The notes under the pieces were generated by a model. The model searched no databases. It was not told where the DNA came from and saw nothing but the letters and a program-made list of their open reading frames with translations. Position numbers and translations under genes: made by a program. A stretch of DNA of 64,000 nucleotides. Source: Macrostomum lignano (taxonomy: Eukaryota). The stretch lies in assembly GCA_002269645.1 (NCBI GenBank), contig NIVC01001596.1:1-64000 (forward strand), read 5' to 3'. Position 1 is the first letter of the stretch. Every line of letters begins with the position of its first letter. Shown one piece after another: positions 39,001 through 51,879 of the stretch.

Positions 39001-39348
39001 GGAAGCCGGGAAATCTTCCATTTTAAAAAAACTTTGTGACTATAATAATACCATATTATTTTGTTATACTAATACTTTTACAACAGCAGTGACCATGAAG
39101 ACCAGAGTGAGTAATATCGCAGAGCAGCATGGTAGCTTTCTAATAAAGAGAGTCATCAGTCATGCGTGTTACGTTTGCCTAAATTCAGTTGTTAGCCCCC
39201 AGTAAGGAAGTGCAGAAGTTTTATTGTTACACACACAAACACACCCAGTGTTCCGACTTGATTGTAAATTAGTTCAGGTGTCGCTGATACAGCTTCAGGA
39301 ATTCATGCCCGCTTTTTATATGGCCATTGTCCCCCGTCTGCTGACTGT
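36091..39348 (+). CDS. Tentative multi-exon gene of unknown product (partial model)
   Basis: Phase-consistent GT-AG chain 36091-36145, 38730-38874, 38940-38975, 39087-39106, 39278-39348 reads PCRDAFNLDYNIRNNKLTGLRELRLDKKSAICIAEAVRAFSHSSVNLKTLEKPLFNKLTEVSLLFRWCEVNRNSEEDDRSDHEDQSVADTASGIHARFLYGHCPPSADC. Start (possibly MFHEIYT at 35951-35971) and end (possibly an exon beginning near 40731) are uncertain. No homology recognised. Confidence 0.4.
36355..38475. repeat. 35-bp minisatellite
   Basis: Unit cttcagtgatccatgtaaatcctccttcaggtttc, about 60 copies, with an internal ~1083-bp duplication. Confidence 0.97.
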
Positions 39349-39564
39349 GTAATATTGATTAAATCTGTCACCGCTGCCGTGACAGTGACAGAGTGTTCGA
39401 ATCCCGCGGCTCTGCACAGGGCTGCGCTAGAAGTTACAGAATTGAGAGGGGTTTGGGTGTTTAACATTGTCTGGATGCAGTGGGGTGTGATTGAATGCTA
39501 GAATTTATCATTGCGTGTCTTTTCTGCAGTTGCCAACTCATAGTCCATATCTTCTGCGATTCAT

Positions 39565-40310
39565 ACTCTCCCTCTCGCTCAACCTCTCCCTCTCCCTCTC
39601 TCTCTCACCGTCTCTCCCTCTCCGTCTCGCTCAACCTCTCCCTCTCCCTCTTGCTCAACCTCTCCCTCTCCCTCTCGCTCTCACCGTCTCTCCCTCTTCC
39701 TCTCCCTCTCACCCCTCTCTCCCTCTCCCTCTCACCCTCTCTTCCTCTTCCTCTCCCTCTCACCCCTCTCTTCCTCTTCCTCTCCCTCTCACCCTCTCTT
39801 CCTCTTCCTCTCCCTCTCACCCCTCTCTCCCTCTCCCTCTCACCCCTCTCTCCCTCTTCCTCTCCCTCTCACCCTCTCTTCCTCTTCCTCTCCCTCTCAC
39901 CCCTCTCTCCCTCTCCCTCTCACCCCTCTCTCCCTCTTCCTCTCCCTCTCACCCTCTCTTCCTCTTCCTCTCCCTCTCACCCTCTCTCCCTCTCCCTCTC
40001 ACCCCTCTCTCCCTCTCCTTCTCACCCTCTCTTCCTCTTCCTCTCCCTCTCACCCCTCTCTCCCTCTCCCTCTCACCCCTCTCTCCCTCTCCCTCTCACC
40101 CCTCTCTCCCTCTTCCTCTCCCTCTCACCCCTCCCTCACTCTCCCTCTCACCCCTCTCTCCCTCTTCCTCTCCATCTCAACCCTCTCTCCCTCTCCCTCT
40201 AACCCCTCTCTCCCTCTCACCACTCTCTCTTTCTCCCTCTCCCTCTCCGTACCCTTTCCTGTCTCATTTTCCATCATTCCATCTTCCTATCTCTCCCTCT
40301 CTCCCCCTCG
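39565..40310. repeat. CT-rich low-complexity array
   Basis: (cctctc/ccctct/cttcct)n. Confidence 0.95.
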
Positions 40311-41029
40311 ACCAGTCGCTCTACTATAGATAAAAAGCTTCAAATTTGAGATATTCCACCAGTCACATTTTTATTATTCGACTTTGGTAGTCTAGTAATC
40401 CACAATAAATGCTAAATCAAAATTTCACACAGCTCGCCTGAGCAAAAACAGTAAAATTATGTGCTGTTAGAGATAGACTGTACCGCGAAAAGACCAGTCA
40501 GAAACCTTTATTCAGTTTTGAGGGAGGGGGTTTGTTGCCTGGGACCCGCGCTTGCCTTTGTCTTTGCTGCACCGCCCACGCAAAGCCCGCCTTGCCTGTC
40601 TCTGGCCATAAACCAGGGATCGAGGCGACTGGGTTGTAGGGGCTTCATCAAAATTACGTAACCGAATTTCATTCGCATATAGCGAGCGGATTTCGTGCCC
40701 CGGTAACTGGCCAAGCAGATAACTCGTATAGGAGCGCGTGAAAAGACAGCAGCCGAGTGATGAAGGCTTTGAAAAGGAAATTAGACACCTCCTTCATAAC
40801 AAACAGCCGCAGCAGCGGACCACTTATTTGTGCGCCATCAACTGAGTATTTTAGACCCCTATTGACTGGGCACCCGAGTTAGGGAGGCTGCGTGAGGTGG
40901 CCGCTCGGGTTCTTCGGTGTGTCAGTCAACTGCGCTGCGGTACCGGCAGCGACTGCGTCAAGAATTCTTGCCGCTTTTCGGTTGCGATGCGCAGTTTTGG
41001 CTTGTTTGGAATCTGGACTGTGCTGGGGC

Positions 41030-41149
41030 TGCCTGCCTGCCTGCCTGCCTGCCTGTCTGTCTGTCTGTCTGTCTGCCTGCCTGTCTGCCTGCCTGCCTGC
41101 CTGTCTGTCTGTCTGTCTGTCTGCCTGCCTGCCTGCCTGCCTGTCTGCC

Positions 41150-41196
<47 letters not shown>

Positions 41197-41309
41197 CTGT
41201 CTGTCTGCCTGCCTGTCTGCCTGCCTGTCTGTCTGTCTGCCTGCCTGCCTGCCTGTCTGTCTGTCTGCCTGCCTGCCTGCCTGCCTGTCTGTCTGTCTGT
41301 CTGCCTGCC

Positions 41310-41378
<69 letters not shown>

Positions 41379-41405
41379 GCCTGCCTGTCTGCCTGCCTGT
41401 CTGTA

Positions 41406-41442
<37 letters not shown>

Positions 41443-41509
41443 GCCTGCCTGTCTGCCTGTCTGTCTGTCTGCCTGCCTGCCTGCCTGCCTGTCTGTCTGT
41501 CTGCCTGCC

Positions 41510-41590
<81 letters not shown>
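41030..41590. repeat. (CTGT/CTGC)n compound tetranucleotide microsatellite
   Basis: About 140 tetramers. Confidence 0.97.
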
Positions 41591-42424
41591 TAGCCTATAG
41601 TGTTTCTTAGTGTCTGCCTGTCCGTCTCAATTTTTTACGTCTCCACAGTTCTCTGAAACATCGAAAACTTTAAGGACAGAAATACCTGATCGAGTTGCAA
41701 GGAACGCAGAGATTTTCGGCTAAATGCCACAGAACCATAATCAGTTCTGATCTGATTGCATGCCAACATTTTTTGGCTATGATTTTGGCAATCGCACTTT
41801 TTTCTACAAAAAAATCTGCCACTGCATGTATGTGCACAGCCATAGCCATAGGAAATGTATGCATTACAAAGAGCAATGATTGTATTTAAAGAACAGAAAG
41901 CATGGCATACAATGCTCTCCTTATAAGGTAAGGTATCGATTTCTATAGTAAATATGGGAATAGGAAGCTGAACTTCCTCAGACTTTGCAGGGGAGTTGGG
42001 GTGGTTGAGAAGGGGAGTCCCCGAGAAGGCAATTGGAGCCAAAAGGCTTTATGGTCGCATTTAAAACGTTGCTGGACTTACTGAAATTAATATCCAGGCG
42101 TGGGGGGGTATGGTTGTGCTGTGCTGGGAGCTCTCCCCCCCCAGTGCCTGACTCGCTATGAAAAATGAACAAGTGAGTCAACAGTGAACAGTTGGATTTG
42201 GCTTGGGGCATTGGGGTTGAGTCAAACTCAATTTCACAATGCATGAATTCTACTGAGAGCTTGAAATCCTATACAGGAATTGTTTTTTTTATCCCCAGGC
42301 CTGCTGGATGCAGCTCAACGATTCATTAATTATCCTATCAATTGGGGCTTTTGACAAGTTGATTTTTGGCAATTATAATTGTCTGTCATTTTGCTGCGGA
42401 TGCTCTCTGAGTCACAGGGGAATT

Positions 42425-43480
42425 GCTGGGATGGATTACTAATCTAGCCAACATCACGGTGATAAATAAGTAGAATGGATTGCTAGTCTAGCCAATATCA
42501 TCAAGGATGAAGGCATGTAATGGATTACTAATCTAGCCAACATCACGATGATAAATAAGTAGAATGGATTGCTAGTCTAGCCAATATCAACAAGGATGAA
42601 GGAATAGAATGGATTGCTAATCTAGCCAACATCACGATGATAAATAGGTAGAATGGATTGCTAGTCTAGCCAATATCAACAAGGATGAAGGAATAGAATG
42701 GATTGCTAATCTAGCCAACATCACGATGATAAATAAGTAGAATGGATTGCTAGTCTAGCCAATATCAACAAGGATGAAGGAATAGAATGGATTGCTAATC
42801 TAGCCAACATCACGATGATAAATAAGTAGAATGGATTGCTAGTCTAGCCAATATCAACAAGGATGAAGGAATAGAATGGATTGCTAATCTAGCCAACATC
42901 ACGATGATAAATAAGTAGAATGGATTGCTAGTCTAGCCAATATCATCAAGGATGAAGGAATAGAATGGATTGCTAATCTAGCCAACATCATGGTGATAAA
43001 TAAGTAGAATGGATTGCTAGTCTAGCCAATATCATCAAGGATGAAGGAATAGAATGGATTGCTAATCTAGCCAACATCATGGTGGATGAAGGTATAGAAT
43101 GGATTGCTAATCTAGCCAACATCACGGTGGATGAAGGAATAGAATGGATTGCTAATCTAGCCAACATCACGGTGGATGAAGGAATAGAATGGATTGCTAA
43201 TCTAGCCAACATCATGGTGGATGAAGGAATAGAATGGATTGCTAATCTAGTCAACATCATGGTGTATGAAGGAATAGAATGGATTGCTAATCTAGTCAAC
43301 ATCATGGTGTATGAAGGAATAGAATGGATTGCTAATCTAGTCAACATCATGGTGGATGAAGGAATAGAATGGATTGCTAATCTAGCCAACATCATGGTGG
43401 ATGAAGGAATAGAATGGATTGCTAATCTAGTCAACATCATGGTGTATGAAGGAATAGAATGGATTGCTAGTCTAGTCAAC
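42425..43480. repeat. 45-bp minisatellite with an alternating dimer at the left end
   Basis: Unit gaatggattgctaatctagccaacatcatggtggatgaaggaata, about 23 copies. Confidence 0.96.
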
Positions 43481-43964
43481 ATCTGGTGGACCCACAATTT
43501 ACACACAATTTTTTCGCTCGACTTTCAACCCTGTACCCAGAAAAATTTGCATTCCACGGGTCGGTGAAGTCTACCCACCGCCTTTGAAGATGAGAGAGAG
43601 AGAGAGAGAGAGAAGAGAGACAGGGGGTGAAGCGGCAGAATCCTTGGTTTTAAACCTCAAAATGGCCTCGGCCTGTCCCTTGAAATGTAGCAGTTGGGTC
43701 GAGAGAAAAACCATCATACTGGAGAGCCGCACCTGCCCGCGAGCCTTGGCAGGCGCCCTAATTATCCCAAATGATTAACGAGTTTGGGGGGACAAGCGAA
43801 AGTTTTGTACTTAAAATGGACGAAAAAATAACAAAAATATAAAAAATGTTGGCACCAGTTTAAGAACTTTACTGAAACTAAAAATTGAAAATAAGCCTTA
43901 AATTATTTTGGTTGTTTCTGAATATTTGATTTTGCACTTTTATTTATTTTGGTTTCAGCACAGG

Positions 43965-46135
43965 AAAGGTGTGGGGTGTAGAGACTCCAGCAAAGCCCTG
44001 GATGTGCGTGCGGGGTGTAGAGACTCCAGCAAAGCCCTGGATATGTGTGTGGGGTGTAGAAACTCCAGCAAAGCCCTGGATATGTGTGTGTGGGGTGTAG
44101 AGACTCCAGCAAAGCCCTGGATGTGTGTTTGGGGGTAGAAACTCCAGCAAAGCCCTGGATGTGTGTGTGGGGTGTAGAGACTCCAGCAAAGCCCTGGATG
44201 TGTGTGTGGGGTGTAGAGACTCCAGAAAAGCCCTGGATATGTGTGTGTGGGGGGTAGAGACTCCATCGAAGCCCTGGATGTGTGTGTGGGGGGTAGAGAC
44301 TCCAGCAAAGCCCTGGATGTGTGTGTGGGGGGATAGAGACTCAAGCAAAGCCCTGGATGTGTGTGGGGGTGTAGAGACTCCAGCAAAGCCCTGGATGTGT
44401 GTGGGGGGTAGAGATTCCATCAAAGCCCTGGATGTGTGTGGTGGGGTAGAGACTCTATCAAAGCCCTGGATGTGTGTGGGGGTGTAGAGACTCCAGCAAA
44501 GCCCTGGATGTGCGTGCGGGGTGTAGAGACTCCAGCAAAGCCCTGGATATGTGTGTGGGGTGTAGAAACTCCAGCAAAGCCCTGGATATGTGTGTGTGGG
44601 GTGTAGAGACTCCAGCAAAGCCCTGGATGTGTGTGTGGGGGTAGAAACTCCAGCAAAGCCCTGGATGTGTGTGTGGGGTGTAGAAACTTCAGCAAAGCCC
44701 TGGATGTGTGTGGGGGTAGAGACTCCAGCAAAGCCCTGGATGTGTGTCTGGGGGGGGGGTTGAGACTCCAACAAAGCCCTGGATGTGTGTGTGGGGGGTA
44801 GAGACTCCAGCAAAGCCCTGGATGTGTGTGTGGGGGGTTGAGACTCCAACAAAGCCCTGGATGTGTGTGTGGGGGGTAGAGACTCCAGCAAAGCCCTGGA
44901 TGTGTGTCTGGGGGGGGTTGAGACTCCAACAAAGCCCTGGATGTGTGTGTGGGGGGTAGAGACTCCAGCAAAGCCCTGAATGTGTGTCTGGGGGGGGTTG
45001 AGACTCCAGCAAAGCCCTGGATGTGTGTGTGGGGGGTTGAGACTCCAACAAAGCCCTGGATGTGTGTGGGGGGTAGAGACTCCAGCAAAGCCCTGGATGT
45101 GTGTCTGGGGGGGGGGGTTGAGACTCCAGCAAAGCCCTGGATGTGTGTGTGGGGGGTTGAGACTCCAACAAAGCCCTGGATGTGTGTGGGGTGTAGAGAC
45201 TCCAGCAAAGCCCTGGATGTGTGTGTGGGGGGGGGGGTAGAGACTCAAGCAAAGCCCTGGATGTGTGTGTGGGGGGTAGAGACTCCAGCAAAGCCCTGGA
45301 TATGTGTGTGTGGGGGGTAGAGACTCCATCAAAGCCCTGGATGTGTGTGTGGGGTGTAGAGACTCCTGCAAAGCCCTGGATGTGTGTGGGGGTGTAGAGA
45401 CTCCAGCAAAGCCCTGGATGTGTGTGTGGGGTGTAGTGACTCCAGCAAAGCCCTGGATATGTGTGTGTGGGGGGTAGAGACTCCAGCAAAGCCCTGGATA
45501 TGTGTGTGTGGGGGGTAGAGACTCCAGCAAAGCCCTGGATGTGTGTGGGGGTAGAAACTCCAGCAAAGCCCTGGATATGTGTGTGTGGGGGGTAGAGACT
45601 CCATCAAAGCCCTGGATGTGTGTGTGGGGGGTAGAGACTCCAGCAAAGCCCTGGATGTGTGTGTGGGGGGGGGGTAGAGACTCAAGCAAAGCCCTGGATG
45701 TGTGTGGGGGTGTAGAGACTCCAGCAAAGCCCTGGATGTATGTGGGGGGTAGAGACTCCATCAAAGCCCTGGATGTGTGTGGGGGGGTAGAGACTCCAGC
45801 AAAGCCCTGGATGTGTGTGTGGGGTGTAGAGACTCCAGCAAAGCCCTGGATGTGTGTGTGGGATGTAGAGACTCCAGCAAAGCCCTGGATATGTGTGTGT
45901 GGGGGGTAGAGACTCCATCAAAGCCCTGGATGTGTGTGGGGGGGTAGAGACTCCAGCAAAGCCCTGGATGTGTGTGTGGGGTGTAGAGACTCCAGCAAAG
46001 CCCTGGATGTGTGTGTGGGGTGTAGAGACTCCAGCAAAGCCCTGGATATGTGTGTGTGGGGGGTAGAGACTCCATCAAAGCCCTGGATGTGTGTGGGGGG
46101 GGGGTAGAGACTCCAGCAAAGCCCTGGATGTGTGT
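43965..46135. repeat. ~36-44-bp minisatellite with variable (GT)n and G runs
   Basis: Unit gtagagactccagcaaagccctggat(gt)n(g)n, about 55 copies. Confidence 0.97.
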
Positions 46136-46574
46136 AAGATTGTGCAGTGAAATGTTCCAGTTTGCAGCAACTAGGCTGCACTGCAGGGTCGCATGAGTTT
46201 TAATCGTTAGTAAAGGTTACACTGAGGCTGGTTTTTACAATATAAATCTGCAGGTATTTCAGTGAGTTCGCATCTAGCATTAAGTCAGCCAGGACGAACT
46301 CAATCAATCCATTGATTCTCACGCCTCTGCTTTTTCACCAGCCTCTCTCATCTGGGCTTAAATCGATTGCTTTCTTAGAAAGTTTGCTGCTTCGCGGATA
46401 AATTATTTTGCCCAATAGCCTTCCGGGGTTGCCAGGAGTCGATAGTAATGGGAATAATTACTGGCACTGGCTTATGCAGGCGTTTTGGCATCATCCAGAC
46501 AATGGAACCATTATTGCTTTATCGATCAAAGTTCATTTGCAAAACTGCAGTTTTTAATGTTTTCTTTCTCTGTG

Positions 46575-47140
46575 ACTTTGGCCCTTCTCTCACTCTGTCT
46601 CTCTGTCTCTCTCTCTCTGTCACTGTCACTATCTGTCCCTGTGTGTCACAATGTGACAGTGTGTCACTCCCTGTCACTCTGTCACTCTTTGGCACTCTTT
46701 GGCACTCTGTCACTCTCAGTCACTCTTTGGCACTCTTTGGCACTCTTTGGCACTCTGTCACTCTCTGTCACTCTCTGTCACTCTTGGCACTCTGTCACTC
46801 TTTTCCCTCTCTGTCACTCTTTGTCACTCTCTGTCACTCTCTGTCACTCTCTGTCACTCTTTGTCACTCTCTGTCACTCTCTGTCACTCTCTGTCACTCT
46901 CTGTCACTCTCTGTCACTCTTGGCACTCTGTCACTCTCTGTCACTCTTGGCACTCTGTCACTCTTGGCACTCTGTCACTCTCTGTCACTCTTGGCACTCT
47001 GTCACTCTCTATCACTCTCTGTCTCTCTTTTTCCCTCTCTATCATTCTTTTTCCCTCTCTGTCACTCTCTGTCACTCTTTGTCACTCTCTGTCTCTCTTT
47101 TTCCCTCTCTGTCACTCTCTGTCGCTCTTTGTCACTGTCT
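46575..47140. repeat. ~10-bp (gtcactctct/ggcactct)n array
   Basis: Direct periodicity. Confidence 0.93.
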
Positions 47141-47263
47141 GACAACAGAATTCAATAAAGCAAGTTTTCCAAGTGCAAGGCAAGGGGGTTTTGAAAGACA
47201 AATAACCAGACAGGAAAATTTATAAGTTCAGTTCCGAGGGATAAAATGGACAGTCAGGATCTC

Positions 47264-47310
<47 letters not shown>

Positions 47311-47891
47311 GTCCCTTCTTCTATTTTTACTTTCTGGCAATAAAACAACACATTTCTCGTGCCGCTTCTTCAACTTTACAACTGGAAAAACTGGTAATTT
47401 GAGAGACAGACAGAGAGAGGGCTGCCAAGAGAGGGTGAGAGCAGTGTATGGAGGAATGCATGGGGGTCCGTGTCCCCCCCCCCAAGCACTTTCTGCCAGC
47501 CTGCCAAATAACAAAGAAAAGTGCCCACGTTTTCCTGCAGAGGCGCCGCTACTTCTGTTGACTGACAGCACTACAGCAACACAAAATTTGCATACAATCA
47601 GCTGCTTGAAGCTTTAGCAAATTAAAGAAATGACAAATCTACGACAAGAGACACTTTTGGAGCAGGCAAAACTTTTGTTAGCAACGCTTTAGAAGCGCTC
47701 ACGGCGCGGCGCTTGTTACACGCAATGGTTTCGCATCGAAAATTTAATAATTCAATCAATTTTTCTTTAGTCCGCTTTCCAAAAATTTTTCAAAACAATT
47801 TATTTGCCCCGCAGATTTAGCAGTTGGCGATCTGCCGTCGGCTACAGCACTCACTGCGGCGAAGTCAGTCAGCTTGGCGCCTATCATCAGC

Positions 47892-49455
47892 ATGCGGAAC
47901 CGGCAGCTGAGGTTCCTGACGACTGCTTTGGCGCCAATTTTTCTAGCTATTGGTGAGACAAACAAAGGAGAGTTTTACAAGTGCTTAAGTTGTTGGAAGC
48001 GGGGAGAAGTGCATGGGGGAGAAGTTTTGTTCAGGGGTGAGAAGTGAGAGAGAGAGAGAAGGAGGGGCGGAGCAGCTCAGCAATCGGACTCTCGTGTCCT
48101 GGTGACAGGCTTGTGAACGAAAATTGGCCTTTGGAGGGGTTGGTTGTTGTGCGATTTACAGCCATTAGGGCCAGTCCTCAGAGAGTGTACATGCCTGAGG
48201 ATTAGAGAGTCAAAGGGTCGCTGTGCACCCTGCGTGAGCGTGTGTTTAAGTGCGTGCCTACGCACAGTATTGGCGCTCTTGTATGTTCTCAGAAGTCCAC
48301 GGGATGGGCAGAATTGCAGAGAGAGATGCTCAAGGAGATGTGAGACATGTACAAAGACACGTGAGAGATGCACAAGGAGATTTGAGAGATGCAGAAGGAA
48401 ATGTGAGATTGTACAATGAGATGTGAGACATATACAATGAGATGTGAGACATGTACAAGGAGGTGTGAGACATGTACAATGACACGTGAGAGATGCACAA
48501 GGAGATTTAAGAGATGCAGAAGGAAATGTGAGATTGTACAATGAGATGTGAGACATATACAATGAGATGTGAGACATGTACAAGGAGGTGTGAGACATGT
48601 ACAATGACACGTGAGAGATGCACAAGGAGATTTGAGAGATGCAGAAGGAAATGTGAGATTGTACAATGAGTTGTGAGACATATACAATGAGATGTGAGAC
48701 ATGTACAAGGTGTGAGACATGTACAATGACACGTGAGAGATGCACAAGGAGATTTGAGAGATGCAGAAGGAAATGTGAGATTGTACAATGAGATGTGAGA
48801 CATATACAATGAGATGTGAGACATGTACAATGAGGTGTGAGACATGTGCAAAGACACGTGAGAGATGCACAAGGAGATTTGAGAGATGCAGAAGGAAATG
48901 TGAGACATGTACAAAGAGATGTGAGACATGTACAAGGAGATGTGAGACATGTACAATGCGATGTGAGACATGTACAAAGAGATGTGAGACGTGTACAAGG
49001 ATATGTGAGACATGTACAAGGATATGTGAGAGATGTACAATGAGATTTGAGAGATGCAGAAGAAAGTGTGAGACATGTACAAAGAGATGTGAGACATGTA
49101 CAAGGAGATGTGAGACATGTACAATGCGATGTGAGACATGTACAAAGAGATGTGAGACATGTACAAAGAGATGTGAGACATGCACAAGGAGATGTGAGAC
49201 ATGCACAAGGAGATGTGAGACATGTACAAAGAGATGTGAGACATGTACACGGAGATTTGAGAGAGACAAGATGAGGTGAGGCATGCGTGCACAGAGACAA
49301 ATCTGTTTCAATTTACAGTGATCAGCGCATCAAACTCATCTAAAATGGCAGGCCTCATTGAATCAAAGAGGAAACAAATACAGAATGGATTGAGAATGAA
49401 ATGGCAGAGTGGATTTCCAGTTGATCCCACTGACAGAGGATCTCCTTGTCGCTAG
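47892..49455 (+). CDS. Tentative small secreted peptide, 2 coding exons, 65 aa
   Basis: Exon 47892-47952 (MRNRQLRFLTTALAPIFLAI, donor gtgaga) joins exon 49319-49455 (acceptor caatttacag) in phase 1, giving ...VISASNSSKMAGLIESKRKQIQNGLRMKWQSGFPVDPTDRGSPCR*. An upstream acceptor gccccgcag ends at 47814. No homology recognised. Confidence 0.35.
48325..49270. repeat. 20-21-bp minisatellite with higher-order blocks
   Basis: Unit gagatgtgagacatgtacaa(a/g). Confidence 0.95.
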
Positions 49456-49859
49456 CCAACCCGCTCAGATGCTCAAAACTTTTCCACATGGCAACCAACA
49501 GCTTGGACTCAGGACCGCTTGACTTGCTAGTAGATAAAGACTTGCTAGTTTTGCCAAGCAGTCCGGGCCCCTCAAATAGGACTACTTTAGATTCCAAATT
49601 AGGAAGGTAAATTGAGGAGAAATGCCTTCTCAAATTTCCCACTTGAATCCGTGCTTGAGCGGGCAAACGTGCGGAATGAGTCCGGACTGTATCGGTTGCC
49701 AGCACAGACTCCTTCTTCATCTCTTTCTACCTTCGCCGCCAACCAATACCTATGCCTGACTGCCTCTCAATTAAGGTGAGCCTTGAAGTTTTCTCTTTAA
49801 ATATTGTTTAGTTCGTCAGAGAAGCTAAACTGCTGCGCAATGAGTGGCGTATGTGCCAG

Positions 49860-50278
49860 TTGGACTGGAAGCGAATCTATAGTTGTCCTTAACTGGTTTT
49901 GAACCAAGGACTACTAGTTTATATAGAAAAAATCTGGACTGGAAGCTGTGTCCCTAACTGGTTTCGAACCAAGGACTATTACGAGTAGTTTATGTAGAAA
50001 GTATCTGGAATGGAAGCTATGTCCTTAGTTTCGAACCAAAGACTACTAGTTTATGTAGAAAGTATCTGGACTGGAAGCTATTTCTCTAACTGGTTTCGAA
50101 CCAGAGACTACTTGTCTATGTAGAAAGCATCTGGACTGGAAGCTATTTCTCTAACTGGTTTCGAACCAAAGACTACTAGTTGATGTAGAAAGTATCTGGA
50201 CTGGAAGCTATTTCTCTAACTGGTTTCGAACCAGAGACTACTAGTCTATGTAGAAAGCATCTGGACTGGAAGCTGTTT
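49860..50278. repeat. 65-bp minisatellite
   Basis: Unit ctggactggaagctatttctctaactggtttcgaaccaaagactactagtttatgtagaaagtat, about 6 copies. Confidence 0.92.
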
Positions 50279-50904
50279 TTGGCAAATCCACTTCATCTAG
50301 TCTTGTTTTCGAAACCTTTCCAACCAAGCCGTCCTTGGTCAAGAAAAGGGTAATAAAATCTACTTTTTTCCTAAAGTAACAACCCACGCAGTTTCCAGTG
50401 TATTTTTTGGCTTTTTATTTCGAAACCGAGAAAGAGAAAAGCACGGGACAGAAGAACAGACGGAAAGTTGCTGCTTTTAAAAGGATTTCAATTAAGCAGT
50501 CATTTAAAAGGCCAACCAGCTAGAGGGGCCGGACAGGGGGAGAGAGGGGGTCGTAAATTTGAATCCCATTCTCCCGGACACCAGTGGGCTGGCTCGATCC
50601 CCCAGAGGACTTAGCGGTACAAGGCAGGGAAGAGGAAGGTTGCAGATCAGAAATGCAAATACAGACAGCTCAGTTCTCCAGACAGTCTCGCTTAAAAGCC
50701 AAGCACAGGAGGAGCACCAGAGCCAGTGTGGCTGTTTTCCTTCTATCGAATATTCTTTCGCCCAAGGGTGCTTTAAAACCCTGGCAGAGTCTTAAAGAGC
50801 TCGGGCTCCATGCTGGACAATGAGGCGCTGCTGTGGTTATGGGTGAGGTCAAGGTGCTGGGCACTTGGTAGTGCATCTGCTCTGGTGCAGTCTGCCTATA
50901 ATCT

Positions 50905-51305
<401 letters not shown>

Positions 51306-51879
51306 AATCTATCCTTATCTCCCTAGACCGTCAGGCACTCAGTGCGCAGAGACTGAAGGCTCGAAAAGCTGATTAAATCTACAGGCCACTCCGGAGAAGC
51401 AGCTGAAGTGCCTGATTCGACTCCCTCGCACAGTGAGGCGACTCTGCCAGCTGAGCCTGAGCTCAAGCAAGTGCCCGCAAACAGCCAAACAGCAAAGTCC
51501 CCCGGTTCGATGGGGCGTTTAGACTGTCATCACGGCATTATCCAAGTGTCTCTCTCTGAGTGTCCGCCCCCCTCCGGTCTCCCTCCCTGCCTCCCTCTGC
51601 ATCGTATGGCACTCGTCCGGCATTTGCTGCCATGCAATAACAGTGCAAATTGGAGCAGAAATGATTGATTCGCTATAACTCTGCACTGTATTGCTGTTGT
51701 TCGTCTACGAGCAGTATTTGCCCCTCTTTTTGCTGCTTGTTGTGAAGGCGGATCCACGGGATTCTGTAATAGTATGACATATTGGCTGCGGATTTGTGAG
51801 AGTGGAACACTGTTTGTATTGCTAGCAAATACATTTATATAGGGCAATATTCGCGTATTGGAGAAATAGATTCCCATAG

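Noticed and set aside
49355-49720. 121-aa minus-strand ORF as a gene
   Set aside because: No recognisable domain, an in-frame stop just upstream and no convincing splice partners; it conflicts with the plus-strand model. Left unresolved rather than annotated.
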